64,000 bases of DNA, taken from the NCBI GenBank assembly GCA_041946735.1, contig JBHGAY010000007.1, positions 64,001 through 128,000 on the forward strand. Reading direction: 5' to 3'. Below, in pieces: positions 34,319 through 43,689 of the stretch (position 1 is its first letter; the number at the start of each line of letters is the position of its first letter). The position numbers were made by a program, and so were the translations under genes. Below the pieces are notes generated by a model that did not search any database, was not told where the DNA came from, and saw nothing but the letters and a program-made list of their open reading frames with translations. The stretch is from Candidatus Eiseniibacteriota bacterium (GTDB taxonomy: Bacteria; Eisenbacteria; RBG-16-71-46; CAIMUX01; VGJL01).

Positions 34319-35155
34319 TTACGCCCGGCTCTCTTCCGCCTGCACGCGGAAGAGCCTCGAGCCGGCTCCCACCACATAGAAGGCGACGACCGTGAAGACG
34401 AGGATCATGAGGAAGAGGACCCACCCGATCATCTCGGGCGACAGCTTCCGGATGATCTCGTCGCTCCTCCGAAGGACGTAGGAGACCGGGATCTGGATCA
34501 GGTTCGGAAAGAAGACGGCGCCGGCCGTCGCCAGCGGCATCCGGCGCGCGAAGGAGAAGCTCCGCGAGAGCGCCGACTTCACTCCGCGCCCCTCCACCAG
34601 GATCGCGAGCGGAGCATAGAGGAACAGCCCCTCGAGGATCGAGCCGACCAGGATCGTGGCGAAGCGCACGAACCGCTGCGTGCTCCCGCTCATTTCCGCC
34701 TGGCCGGCGAATACGACTCGGGGAAGCAGGAAGAGAATCGCCACGACGAGAATTGCGAGCGGAAGCCGGGCCGCGACGAGCTTGCCGTACGCCCCCGCCG
34801 CCCGGGAGATCCCTCCCTGCGGCAGCTCCCCCGGACGGTCCGCCTGCCAGAACAGGAGGAACGCCGCGCCGATCAACCACGCGCCGAGCACGACGTCGAG
34901 CACGATCGAGAACCAGTTGTTCAGCTCCGGCAGCGCCTGATAGAAGACCGGATAATGCAGCGCGGGCTCTCCGACGAGCAGGCGAATGAGCGGCGCCAGC
35001 ACCGGGGTCAGAATCGGCTGGTGGAACTGCGTCAGCAACAGAAGGACCAGCCACTGGGCGATCGCGAGCAGCAGCAGCGGCGCCCACAATCGGCCGCGTC
35101 CGAGGTTGCGCGTCGTCTCGATCCAAGACCAGAGAAGCAGACTGATCTGGCGCAT
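34319..35155 (-). CDS. Hypothetical polytopic membrane protein
   Basis: About 6 hydrophobic segments; ILVEGRGVKSALSRSF; tight operon spacing, SD GGAGG. Confidence 0.7.
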   Translation of the reverse strand: MRQISLLLWSWIETTRNLGRGRLWAPLLLLAIAQWLVLLLLTQFHQPILTPVLAPLIRLLVGEPALHYPVFYQALPELNNWFSIVLDVVLGAWLIGAAFLLFWQADRPGELPQGGISRAAGAYGKLVAARLPLAILVVAILFLLPRVVFAGQAEMSGSTQRFVRFATILVGSILEGLFLYAPLAILVEGRGVKSALSRSFSFARRMPLATAGAVFFPNLIQIPVSYVLRRSDEIIRKLSPEMIGWVLFLMILVFTVVAFYVVGAGSRLFRVQAEESRA

Positions 35156-35171
35156 CCTTGCCCTCCGCTCC

Positions 35172-35849
35172 TCACTCCCGGATCAGGGAGGGAAGCAGCT
35201 TGACGACCTCAGACAGGAATCGCTCGTTCCAGGCCTCCGCTTCGCCCGCCCGGGGCGTCTCGAGCGTCGAAATCCGCACGAAGACGCCATAGGTGCTGTT
35301 GCGCCGGAGACCCTGCCAGAACTGACGCCACCGGTATCGGCCGACGTCCCCCCCCGCCGTCCCGCCTCCGCCTTCCGTATACCAGAACGTCGCGACTCGT
35401 TCGACCCGGCCCGGCCTTGTCGCGAGAAATGCCTGGGCGGCGATGCGGTCGGCTTGCGCGCCGACTTCGACGTTCGAGAGCTTCTCGGTCCGGAATCCCT
35501 GGCTGCGGTAGCACAGCTCGGGATCGTGGCCTCCCCGCCTCTTGTTGCCGAAGTACTCGAGGACCACCCACACAGGGGTCCCGTCCGGCCGCATGTAGCG
35601 GCGGATCAGCTGATCGTCGCTGTCCAGATCCTCCACGATCGCCTGCGCCATCGGCTCGTCCTTGCCGGGAAGGCCCAGGAGCGTTTGCGGAAGCGCGCGA
35701 AGGTCGCTGACCGGCGGCGCGGCGGGTGGAAACCCGACCCGATAGGCGCCGAGGAGAAGGAGAAGCAGGCCGGGGAACAGGACGGGCAGCGCGATCCGCT
35801 TCCGCATCGCAGCGCCCGCTCCCGGCATCGAGGCAGGCGCGTTCAGCAT
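35172..35849 (-). CDS. epsI: Exosortase-associated EpsI family protein
   Basis: TM anchor; LPQTL, LIRRY..PVWVVLEYF, HDPELCYRSQG, FWY, FVRIST; overlaps the exosortase stop. Confidence 0.87.
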   Translation of the reverse strand: MLNAPASMPGAGAAMRKRIALPVLFPGLLLLLLGAYRVGFPPAAPPVSDLRALPQTLLGLPGKDEPMAQAIVEDLDSDDQLIRRYMRPDGTPVWVVLEYFGNKRRGGHDPELCYRSQGFRTEKLSNVEVGAQADRIAAQAFLATRPGRVERVATFWYTEGGGGTAGGDVGRYRWRQFWQGLRRNSTYGVFVRISTLETPRAGEAEAWNERFLSEVVKLLPSLIRE

Positions 35850-36709
35850 CGCAGCACCCGCTTCGCGAGCGCGAGCAGGACGAAGGCGATGGCGAAGAGC
35901 GCGTAGCCGCCAACGTCGTGGAAGGTCCCCGCAGCCGCGTCGGGCGTCGCGAGGCCCGCGTAGACGCAGAGCGAGGAGACGCGAACCGTGTTGGCGATGA
36001 CGGCGATCGGGACCGACAGGACGAAGAGGATCACCCGCCGGACGAGCGATCCGCTCGAGAAGTAGGCGAAGAGCGCCCCGAGCGCCATGAGAGCGACGAG
36101 CGAGTGCAGGCCGGAGCACGCTCCTTCGACGGCGAGCGTCCCGTTGGGGAAGTTCATGTTCACGCCATCACGTTGCACCGCGACCCCCATCGCCTGCGCT
36201 GCCCAGACGGCGGTGCGGGCGGCGAGGATCTTCAGCCGGAAGCTGATCGTGTTGAGGAACCAAGGGAGCGCGGGCACCATGAACAGGAGGAACGCGAGCG
36301 GGAAGGCGGCGCGGCGGATCGCGGCGCTCCCGTGGATCTGCCAGACGACCCCGCCAAGAGCGAGCACCAGCGAGATCCCCTGCAGGATCATGACGTCCCC
36401 GCGCAGCCCGGCGAGCTGCAGCAGGAAGGCGGGAACGAGCAGGACGACGCCGGTCCATGCCGGGCGCGCCTCCGTGAGCGCGAGGCTTCGCCTCTGCCTC
36501 CAGAGCAGCCACGCGGCGACCGGTGGGATCAGGAAGCCGTGCGAGTAGTTCGGATTATGAAGCCATACCCGGAACAGTCCCTGGAACGTCGATGCGTACG
36601 CGAGCGCGATTCCGATGGTGGCCAGCACGAGCCCCGTGAGCAGGATTCCGCGCGAGAGTGAGCTGCGTGCCGCGCTCTCCTCCCCGCTCCTCCAGCCCGG
36701 GACCTCCAT
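35843..36709 (-). CDS. xrt: Exosortase (EpsH family)
   Basis: NYSHGFLIPP, FPLAFLLFMVP, VEGACSGLHSL (Cys), ANTVRV (Arg), FHD (His); alternative GTG start at 36733. Confidence 0.94.
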   Translation of the reverse strand: MEVPGWRSGEESAARSSLSRGILLTGLVLATIGIALAYASTFQGLFRVWLHNPNYSHGFLIPPVAAWLLWRQRRSLALTEARPAWTGVVLLVPAFLLQLAGLRGDVMILQGISLVLALGGVVWQIHGSAAIRRAAFPLAFLLFMVPALPWFLNTISFRLKILAARTAVWAAQAMGVAVQRDGVNMNFPNGTLAVEGACSGLHSLVALMALGALFAYFSSGSLVRRVILFVLSVPIAVIANTVRVSSLCVYAGLATPDAAAGTFHDVGGYALFAIAFVLLALAKRVLRC

Positions 36710-36729
36710 CGCCTGGCCGCCCGGGTCGG

Positions 36730-38931
36730 TCACCGCCCGCTGCTCCTCGCCGTCTGGTAGCCGTAATAGCGATGGTTGTAGTAGTAGGGCATCGTCTCGT
36801 CGACGTTGTTCATCAAGAGCCCGCGCAGATTGCCCGTGAACTGCTTCTGCAGCTCGACCCCGCGCTCCACCATCGCGCGTGGCGTCCGTCCCGCCTTGAC
36901 CACGATCAGGACGGCGTCGACGACCTGTCCGATGATGAGCGCGTCGGGGACCGGAAGGTTCGGCGGAGAGTCGATGAGGATCACGCCGTAGCGCCTCGTC
37001 AGCTCGGTCACGAGCCAGGCGATGTTCTCGAACGTGAGCAGGTCGTTGCGGGGCTGCGGGTGCCCGCCGAGCGAGAGGACATGGAGATTGGGCACCGGCG
37101 TCTTGCGGAAGGACGCGTCGTCGAGCCGCCGCGTCTCGAGAGCCTGGATGAGACCGGGGCCGTGCGGCTCGGCTCCCAGCATCCGCCCGAGAGCGCCGCG
37201 CCTCAGGTCGATGTCGACCAGCAGGACGGGGACGCGGGGCTCCTCGGTCGCGATCGCCGAGCCGAGCAGGATGCAGGCGGTCGTCTTGCCTTCCCCGCCC
37301 CGGGTGCTCGTGATCAGAAGAGAGCGAACTGGCGCATCCTCGTCGTTGCGCAGCTCGAGCGCGATGCGACGCATCTCCTGATAAGCGGGAGAGTCGCCGA
37401 GGAAGCGGTCGAACGCCTGCTGCGTCCAGTGCGGCCGGTCCTTGGCCGCTCCGAGCATGTCGAGCTGCGGCAAGGTGCCGATCACGCGGATCCCGAGCGC
37501 GCGCTCCGCCTCTCGCGAATCGCGGAAGGTCGGATCCTGGCGCTCGACGATGGCGAGCGCGGCGATCCCGAGGAGCAGCCCGATGATCCCTCCCAGGACG
37601 AGAATGACCGGGCGGTTCGGCTTGATCGGGCTGAGAGGACGGGCAGGCGGCTCCAGGATCGACATGCGCCCCTGCTCCATGCTGCCCACGAACGCCTCGC
37701 CGATCTTGCTCGACGCCAATTGGTTGACGAACGCGTTGTACAGCGCCCGCTTGTTCTCCACCTCCCGCGTGAGCCGCTGCACCTCCGTCTCGATCGCCGG
37801 CGTTCCGGTCACGGAGGACTCCGATCGGGAGATCGCTCGATCCAGGGCGCCGAGCCGTTCGCGCACTCCCGCCATCCGAGCCTGCGTCACGAGAAGGGCC
37901 GCCGCGTCGGAGCGAACGGAGGCGGGAATCGCGTTGCCCCCTTCCCACTGCTCGATCGCCTCCTGCTGCAGGTCGCCGAGCGCTTGCGCCGTGAGGACGG
38001 CATACGTTTCGGCGTCGTTCTGCGATCCATAGGGATCCGCGGCCGCTTCGGCATACTTGCGCTCGAGGTCCTTGACCTGCTCCACGACCCGCGAGTAGGC
38101 CGGGCCGCCCGCGCTGGGCAACGCGGCGAGAGCGCTTGGCGCCTTCGACTGGATGGAGCGCCGGAGCCGCTGCTCCTCGGTCGAGAGACGGGCGCTCTCC
38201 GACGAAGCCTCGTCGCGCAGGCGCCGGACTTCCGTCAACCCCGCGCTGTTTCCCGAAGCGCGGAGAGCGCCGAGCGCTGCGGAGCGCTTCGCGTCGTCGA
38301 GGCTCTTCTCGGCGTCGGCCAGCTCCTGCTTGTACACCGCCATCTGCATCTCGCTGAAGCGGTACATCTCCTTCACGCGCTCCAGCTGAGCGCTGCTGTT
38401 CGCCTCGATGACGCCGGTCGCTACTCTCTGGGCCAGATCCTGCGCGCGAAGGGGATCGGCGTGGACCACGCGGATCGTCAGAATGTTCTCCGCGATCCTC
38501 AGGCCGATCCAGTGGCGCAACAGCTCAGGAATGCAGATGTTCTCCAGTTCCTCCTGGGAAAGGCCCGGATATCGCCGCGCATTGCTGTTCACCCAGGCTT
38601 TCACTTCGGGGTCTTCGCGCAGCCGGGACTGGGACGCGACCTTCAGCAGGAAGTCGTTGCTCTGGACGAGAGCGCTCAGCCGTGCGATCTGTTCCTGCAT
38701 TCCGGAGCTCGGAAGGATCCCCTGGAGGTCCTTTGTCACCGGGGCGGGAAAGTCGACGAGGATCCGCGCGGTCGATTCGTAGACGGGCGGTAGCACCTTG
38801 GGATGCCCGATGACGAAACCGGCAAGCAGCCCTGCCAGCACCGGCGCGAGGACCACCCACTTCCTGCGCCACACCATGGTGACCATCCCGCGAAGATCGC
38901 GCGCCTCGCGAACGTTCGGCCTTATTTCCAT
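36730..38931 (-). CDS. wzc: Polysaccharide co-polymerase / tyrosine autokinase
   Basis: WRRKW plus TM, periplasmic coiled coil, P..PIKPN plus TM, ITSTRGGEGKTT, VDIDLRR, ILIDSPP, tyrosine-rich tail PYYYNHRYYGY. Confidence 0.92.
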   Translation of the reverse strand: MEIRPNVREARDLRGMVTMVWRRKWVVLAPVLAGLLAGFVIGHPKVLPPVYESTARILVDFPAPVTKDLQGILPSSGMQEQIARLSALVQSNDFLLKVASQSRLREDPEVKAWVNSNARRYPGLSQEELENICIPELLRHWIGLRIAENILTIRVVHADPLRAQDLAQRVATGVIEANSSAQLERVKEMYRFSEMQMAVYKQELADAEKSLDDAKRSAALGALRASGNSAGLTEVRRLRDEASSESARLSTEEQRLRRSIQSKAPSALAALPSAGGPAYSRVVEQVKDLERKYAEAAADPYGSQNDAETYAVLTAQALGDLQQEAIEQWEGGNAIPASVRSDAAALLVTQARMAGVRERLGALDRAISRSESSVTGTPAIETEVQRLTREVENKRALYNAFVNQLASSKIGEAFVGSMEQGRMSILEPPARPLSPIKPNRPVILVLGGIIGLLLGIAALAIVERQDPTFRDSREAERALGIRVIGTLPQLDMLGAAKDRPHWTQQAFDRFLGDSPAYQEMRRIALELRNDEDAPVRSLLITSTRGGEGKTTACILLGSAIATEEPRVPVLLVDIDLRRGALGRMLGAEPHGPGLIQALETRRLDDASFRKTPVPNLHVLSLGGHPQPRNDLLTFENIAWLVTELTRRYGVILIDSPPNLPVPDALIIGQVVDAVLIVVKAGRTPRAMVERGVELQKQFTGNLRGLLMNNVDETMPYYYNHRYYGYQTARSSGR

Positions 38932-39000
38932 TCCCAGTCTCCTGCTCGACGCCCCGTGCCGGGCGGCGTCCTTCCGAGTCCCCGGACCGCGACGCCCGGA

Positions 39001-40062
39001 TCAGTTGTGCTCGTCGATGTAGTCCGAGATGAGAAAGAAGTTCAAGAGATCGCGGGAGGCGCCGAGAAGCACGCGGGTCGCGCCCCACGTCGCCCGCGCG
39101 GCGGTCATCGGGGGCTTCGGAACGTGGATCGCGTCGCCCGCTTGAACGGGAAACGCCGTCCCTCCTTCGTCGAGCCCCTTCTTCACGTCGACCACCACGA
39201 CGTAGCTGCTCCCGTTCGCGTCCTGTCCGAGGACTTGCACGTGCCGCAGGTCGCCGGTCGGAAGCGCGCCGCCGGCGAGGCTCAGGACGCGGATCAGGTC
39301 GAGGCCGGGAACCACGCCGTACGCGCCGGGCCGCGCCACCTCGCCCGACACATAGACCGACGTTCCGCTGGGTCCGGCCACTCCCGTCCCGGCGATGGGG
39401 ATGGGAGGGACATAGATCACGTCGCCCGCCTGCAAGGCCGGAAGGTTCGTCACGCTTCCCCCCGCCATGGCGGAGGCGACGTCGACCGTGAGCGGAGACT
39501 GCCCCGCGGGAGCGTTCTCGCGGAAGATCTGCACCCGCGATAGGTCGCCTCCCGCTCCGAGCCCGCCCGTCGTCCCCAGCACCTGCACCAGATCCGGCAT
39601 CTTCTCGAAGCCGATTCGGCCGGGCGTCGTGACCGCCCCGGAGACGACCACGTAACGGCTGTTGAAGGCGGCGACGCTGACGTTCACCTGCGTCGGGCGC
39701 CGGAGGAAGTCGTTCAGGCGGTTCTCGAGGTCGCGCTCGAGCGCGGTGACCGTCTTGCCGGCGGCCGGCACCTCTCCGATCGGCGGAAAGGTGATCGCCC
39801 CGTTCCCCTGCACCGTCACCGTCCGCGACAGCTCCGGTCGATCCCAGACCCCGATGTTCAGCACGTCCTCGGGGCCGAGGGTGTACTCCCCTGCCTGCTG
39901 CGCGCGAGCGATGTCGGGGTCCCCCCCGGCGAGCAGGAGCGCGAACGAGACGGCGAGCGCCGCGAGGCCGAGGCCTGGGCGGAAGCCGAAGCAGAAGGCG
40001 AGGACGTGGCGAACGGCGGCCGCGGGGCTCGCGGCCGAAGACGAATGAGAGAGCTGGTTCAT
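39001..40062 (-). CDS. wza: Polysaccharide export protein with SLBB domains
   Basis: YTLGPEDVLNIGVW..PELS..GAITFPPIGEV.AAGKT; two SLBB repeats (VSGAVTTPG, VSGEVARPG). Confidence 0.88.
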   Translation of the reverse strand: MNQLSHSSSAASPAAAVRHVLAFCFGFRPGLGLAALAVSFALLLAGGDPDIARAQQAGEYTLGPEDVLNIGVWDRPELSRTVTVQGNGAITFPPIGEVPAAGKTVTALERDLENRLNDFLRRPTQVNVSVAAFNSRYVVVSGAVTTPGRIGFEKMPDLVQVLGTTGGLGAGGDLSRVQIFRENAPAGQSPLTVDVASAMAGGSVTNLPALQAGDVIYVPPIPIAGTGVAGPSGTSVYVSGEVARPGAYGVVPGLDLIRVLSLAGGALPTGDLRHVQVLGQDANGSSYVVVVDVKKGLDEGGTAFPVQAGDAIHVPKPPMTAARATWGATRVLLGASRDLLNFFLISDYIDEHN

Positions 40063-42731
40063 CCTTCCTCCCCGGACGATGTGCGGACGAGGGTTCCCGC
40101 TCCCGCAGAGCCGGCGCCGGCGGCGACCGCGGGCCGAGCCGGGCTTCGCTGGGCCGGCCTCTTCTCGCTCAACAGGCGCGGGAGCGCCCGGCGCAGGGCA
40201 TCGAGATCGAGCTGCCAGTTCCCGTGGTGCCCGTAATAGCGGTCGTAGACCAGAACCTCCTCCCCCCCGCCTGCAAGCAGCTGGGCAGGGCCGGTCAGAC
40301 CGGGCCTGCGGGCGAACGTCCAGGCCCCGATCTCCTCCTGCCTCCACACGTCGCTCTCGAGCAGGTGAGCGGAAGGCCCGACGAGACTCATGTCTCCCCG
40401 GAGGACGTTCCAGAGGTAGAGGACTCGGTCCAGATGAGCGGCCGCGATCCATGCGGCGAACCTCCTCTGGAGCGGGCTGGAGGACGTCGAACGCTCCAGC
40501 CGGAGACGGTAAGTCACGAACGGCCGGCCGGGAAGACGCTTCTTGCGCCGATCGGCGTTGCGCCGGTCGATCCCGACCCGGCTTTCCTGGCTGCGCCGGT
40601 CGGCGCAGCGCCGGTTGCGGCCGATCCGGGTCTCCGCCTCGAAGACCACCTGGCCGGAGCCCGCGAGGTGCAGCAGACCCCACGCAGCCGCGGCGGGGAT
40701 CGCGAGAAGCACGAGGCTCGTCGCCGCCGCCATCACGTCGAGAAGCCTCTTCCCCGTCGGCTCGCTCGCGGTGGAATACAGAGGGCTCTCCGCCTCCGTC
40801 GCCTCGGCCGGCGCCAACGACGGAAGCGCGGGCGGCGGAATCTCCCGGAACTCCGGCACGAGCAGCTGGAGACCGGCACGGATCTCCCCCGCCGGCGCAT
40901 GCGCGGCGAGCCGGATCAGCTGCTCGACCTCCTTCTCGAAACGGGGCGTGTCGACCGGATCGAGTTCGCAGCGGAAGATCTTCGCGTGACGGGTGGTGCG
41001 CGTCGTCTCCGCCTTCGTCAGGATCTCCTCCTCGAGCTTCTCCCCCGGCCGCAGTCCGACGAAGTCGATCCGCACGTCCCGGTCCGGCTCGAGCCCGCTC
41101 AGCCGGATCAGCTGTCGCGCGACGTCCAGGATCCGGACCTGCTCTCCCATATCGAGGATGAAGATGTCGCCGGACTGCCCGAGCAACGCTGCCTGGATGA
41201 CGAGCTGGCTCGCCTCGGGGATCGTCATGAAGTAACGGCGCGCGTGGGGGTGCGTGACGGTTAGCGGGCCCCCGCGGGCGAGTTGCCTGCGGAAGATCGG
41301 AAGGACCGAACCTTCCGAGCCGATGACGTTCCCGAAGCGGACGGCGACGAACGTCGTGCGCGACCGCGACGACAGCGCCTGCAGCAGCATTTCGCACGCC
41401 CGCTTCGAGGCTCCCATCACGTTCGTCGGGTTCACGGCCTTGTCGGTCGAGATGAGGATCATCGTCTCGACGCCGGCCGCCTCGCACGCCCTCGCCACGT
41501 TGCGCGTCCCGAGGATATTGTTCAGGATCGCCTCGCGCGGTCGCGTCTCGAGCAGATTGACGTGCTTGTGCGCGGCGGCGTGAAACACGAGGTTCGGCGA
41601 AAGCTCCACGAGCAGCTCGTGCAGGCCGATCTCGTCCTTGATGTCGCCGACCACGTGCAGGACGTCGAGCGAAGGATGCGCCTCGCGAAGCTCGAGCCCG
41701 AGATAGGTGAGGTTGTTCTCGTTGTGGTCGAGCAGCACGAGCCGGGCGGGCGCGAAGCGCGCGATCTGCCGGCAGAGCTCCGATCCGATCGAGCCTCCCG
41801 CCCCCGTGACGAGCACCACGCTTCCCGCGATCCTCTGTCGGATGCCGGGCAGGTCGATGCTGATCGGCTCGCGGCCGAGCAGGTCCTCGATCCGCACCTC
41901 GCGCACCTGATCGAGCGCTCCTCTGCCTTCGATGTAGTCGGAGAGCGCCGGGACGGTGCGGCAGGCGATGCCTGATTCGAGGCAGACGCGCACGACTTGC
42001 CGCAGGAGCCGGCCGGGCGCCGAGGGGGCGGCGATCAGAACCTCTCCGACTTCCTTCTCGTGGATCAGCCGGGGAAGGTCGAACGTCGTTCCGAGCACCT
42101 GCAGCCCTTCGATCCTCGCGCCCATCTTGCCGGGATCGTCGTCGACGAACCCGATCGGGTGCCCCGGATACGCGACCGTGCGCTCCAGCTCGCGGGCGAC
42201 CATCGCTCCGATGTCCCCGGCGCCGACGATGAGGATCCGACGGCCTGTCCTCGGTCCTCTCCGAACCGGGCTGACCAGGAGCCGGTAGCTAGCGCGCGTG
42301 CCGAGCACCAGGGCGATCGTGAGGATCCAGGAGAGGATGATGACGCTCCGCGGCAGCGGTTGCGGCTGGATCAACAAGTTGACCAGGTAGAAGACGCCGA
42401 AGCCGAGCGTCAACGCGTTCAGGATCGAGAGCGCGGTGGGCAGGCCGACGTAGCGCCAGAGCGTGCGGTGCACGTGAAAGAGGTTGAGGAAGAGCAGGCC
42501 GGCGATCGTCGCGAAGTAGGAGACCTCGACGTAACGATGCAGATATTCCACCGGGATGCGCCCGTCGAAGCGGAGCAGCAACGCGATCAGCACCGCCCCG
42601 TTGATCAGCAGCGCATCCAGCAAGTTCAGGAGAAGGATGCGTGTCCTACGGCCCAATCTCCCTGTCCTCCAGCCGTGCGGGGAGTCGATCCCGTACGCAG
42701 ATTCGAAGCCCGTGATGCCGCGAGGGCGCAT
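40059..42731 (-). CDS. CapD/PglF-type nucleotide-sugar 4,6-dehydratase fused to a degenerate sugar-transferase domain
   Basis: 4 TM; IVGAGDIG; IEDLLGR; VTGAGGSIGSELCRQ; FHAAAHKHV; ISTDKAVNPTNVMGASKR; VRFGNVIGSEGSV; GLRPGEKL; then KRLLD..WNVLRGDMSLVGP..RPGLTG. Confidence 0.9.
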   Translation of the reverse strand: MRPRGITGFESAYGIDSPHGWRTGRLGRRTRILLLNLLDALLINGAVLIALLLRFDGRIPVEYLHRYVEVSYFATIAGLLFLNLFHVHRTLWRYVGLPTALSILNALTLGFGVFYLVNLLIQPQPLPRSVIILSWILTIALVLGTRASYRLLVSPVRRGPRTGRRILIVGAGDIGAMVARELERTVAYPGHPIGFVDDDPGKMGARIEGLQVLGTTFDLPRLIHEKEVGEVLIAAPSAPGRLLRQVVRVCLESGIACRTVPALSDYIEGRGALDQVREVRIEDLLGREPISIDLPGIRQRIAGSVVLVTGAGGSIGSELCRQIARFAPARLVLLDHNENNLTYLGLELREAHPSLDVLHVVGDIKDEIGLHELLVELSPNLVFHAAAHKHVNLLETRPREAILNNILGTRNVARACEAAGVETMILISTDKAVNPTNVMGASKRACEMLLQALSSRSRTTFVAVRFGNVIGSEGSVLPIFRRQLARGGPLTVTHPHARRYFMTIPEASQLVIQAALLGQSGDIFILDMGEQVRILDVARQLIRLSGLEPDRDVRIDFVGLRPGEKLEEEILTKAETTRTTRHAKIFRCELDPVDTPRFEKEVEQLIRLAAHAPAGEIRAGLQLLVPEFREIPPPALPSLAPAEATEAESPLYSTASEPTGKRLLDVMAAATSLVLLAIPAAAAWGLLHLAGSGQVVFEAETRIGRNRRCADRRSQESRVGIDRRNADRRKKRLPGRPFVTYRLRLERSTSSSPLQRRFAAWIAAAHLDRVLYLWNVLRGDMSLVGPSAHLLESDVWRQEEIGAWTFARRPGLTGPAQLLAGGGEEVLVYDRYYGHHGNWQLDLDALRRALPRLLSEKRPAQRSPARPAVAAGAGSAGAGTLVRTSSGEEG

Positions 42732-42856
42732 GCGCCCCTTCTTCCCGTTATCGGCTCTGCACCGTCGTGGATCGAGCACGGGGACCGTACGGCAGGATAC
42801 GGAAGGGGGGGAGTCCGAATGTCTCCCCCCTCCCCGTTGCAGCTACAGGATGGAAC

Positions 42857-43543
42857 TTATCTGGGGCGGCGGCGGAACGCAAGCCCGGAGCCGAGAAGCC
42901 CCGAGGCAAGCAGCAGCAAACTGGCAGGTTCCGGAACCGGCTCGATCGCGGCTCGCAGCTGGCCGTCGATCCGGTAGTCGTATCCGGCGGGGATTCCGCC
43001 TCCGGCTCGAGTCGTGCCGCCGAAGGTGAACAGATCGTAGTCATCGAGGTGGGGATAGTAGAGTCCGCCGTCGTACACGCCCGTCCCGGAGAATGTCCCG
43101 ACGTTTTGCACCGTGTCCAACAGGAGCGAGAAGCTCTGGAAGTTGCCGCGCAGCCAGAGATCCCCGTCGACGAAGCTCGGCGGTGCTCCGAGCGGGTTCG
43201 CGCCATAGGCGTAGGGACGATCCAGATCTCCTGTGGACTGGAAGATCTGGAAGCTGCCACCCGAGTAGGCGCGAAGCTGAAAGCCCCCGCCCACGTCCTG
43301 CTGGCTTGCGAGGACGAGGTCCGAGAGATAGTAGGTGTACACCTCGCTGGGGTCCTGCACCTGCGGGGTGAAGCCGTCGAGCACCCCGACCGACTCGAGC
43401 TTCACCTGCCTCGGCTGCGTCATGGTCCATGTGAAGCCGGTGTAATCCATCAAGAGCGGAAGAGCGAACGAGCTGCCCGCCGTTGCGGCGAGAAGCGAGA
43501 CCATCAGGAACGCACTGCGCAAAGTTCCCCGGAATGGATGCAT
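42857..43543 (-). CDS. PEP-CTERM sorting-domain protein
   Basis: Signal peptide ending SSFA; C-terminus VPEPASLLLLASGLLGSGLAFRRRPR; SD GAGGAGG. Confidence 0.92.
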   Translation of the reverse strand: MHPFRGTLRSAFLMVSLLAATAGSSFALPLLMDYTGFTWTMTQPRQVKLESVGVLDGFTPQVQDPSEVYTYYLSDLVLASQQDVGGGFQLRAYSGGSFQIFQSTGDLDRPYAYGANPLGAPPSFVDGDLWLRGNFQSFSLLLDTVQNVGTFSGTGVYDGGLYYPHLDDYDLFTFGGTTRAGGGIPAGYDYRIDGQLRAAIEPVPEPASLLLLASGLLGSGLAFRRRPR

Positions 43544-43689
43544 GCGTTTCGAACCTCCTCGATCGGTTCCCGGGCGAAGAAGCCGCCCGCTCTGCTTTCG
43601 AATCGGTGTGGCGTGGGTCGCCGTTCTCACCGGCGTCGCCCCTGCCGGCCCTTTCAGCCTTCTGCTCGCTGTGAGCTGCGCCGGCGCCC

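Noticed and set aside
43630..43650. Sigma-54 promoter upstream of the PEP-CTERM gene (CGGCAGG-GGCG-ACGC)
   Set aside because: Correct spacing but a poor consensus match; expected by chance at this GC content
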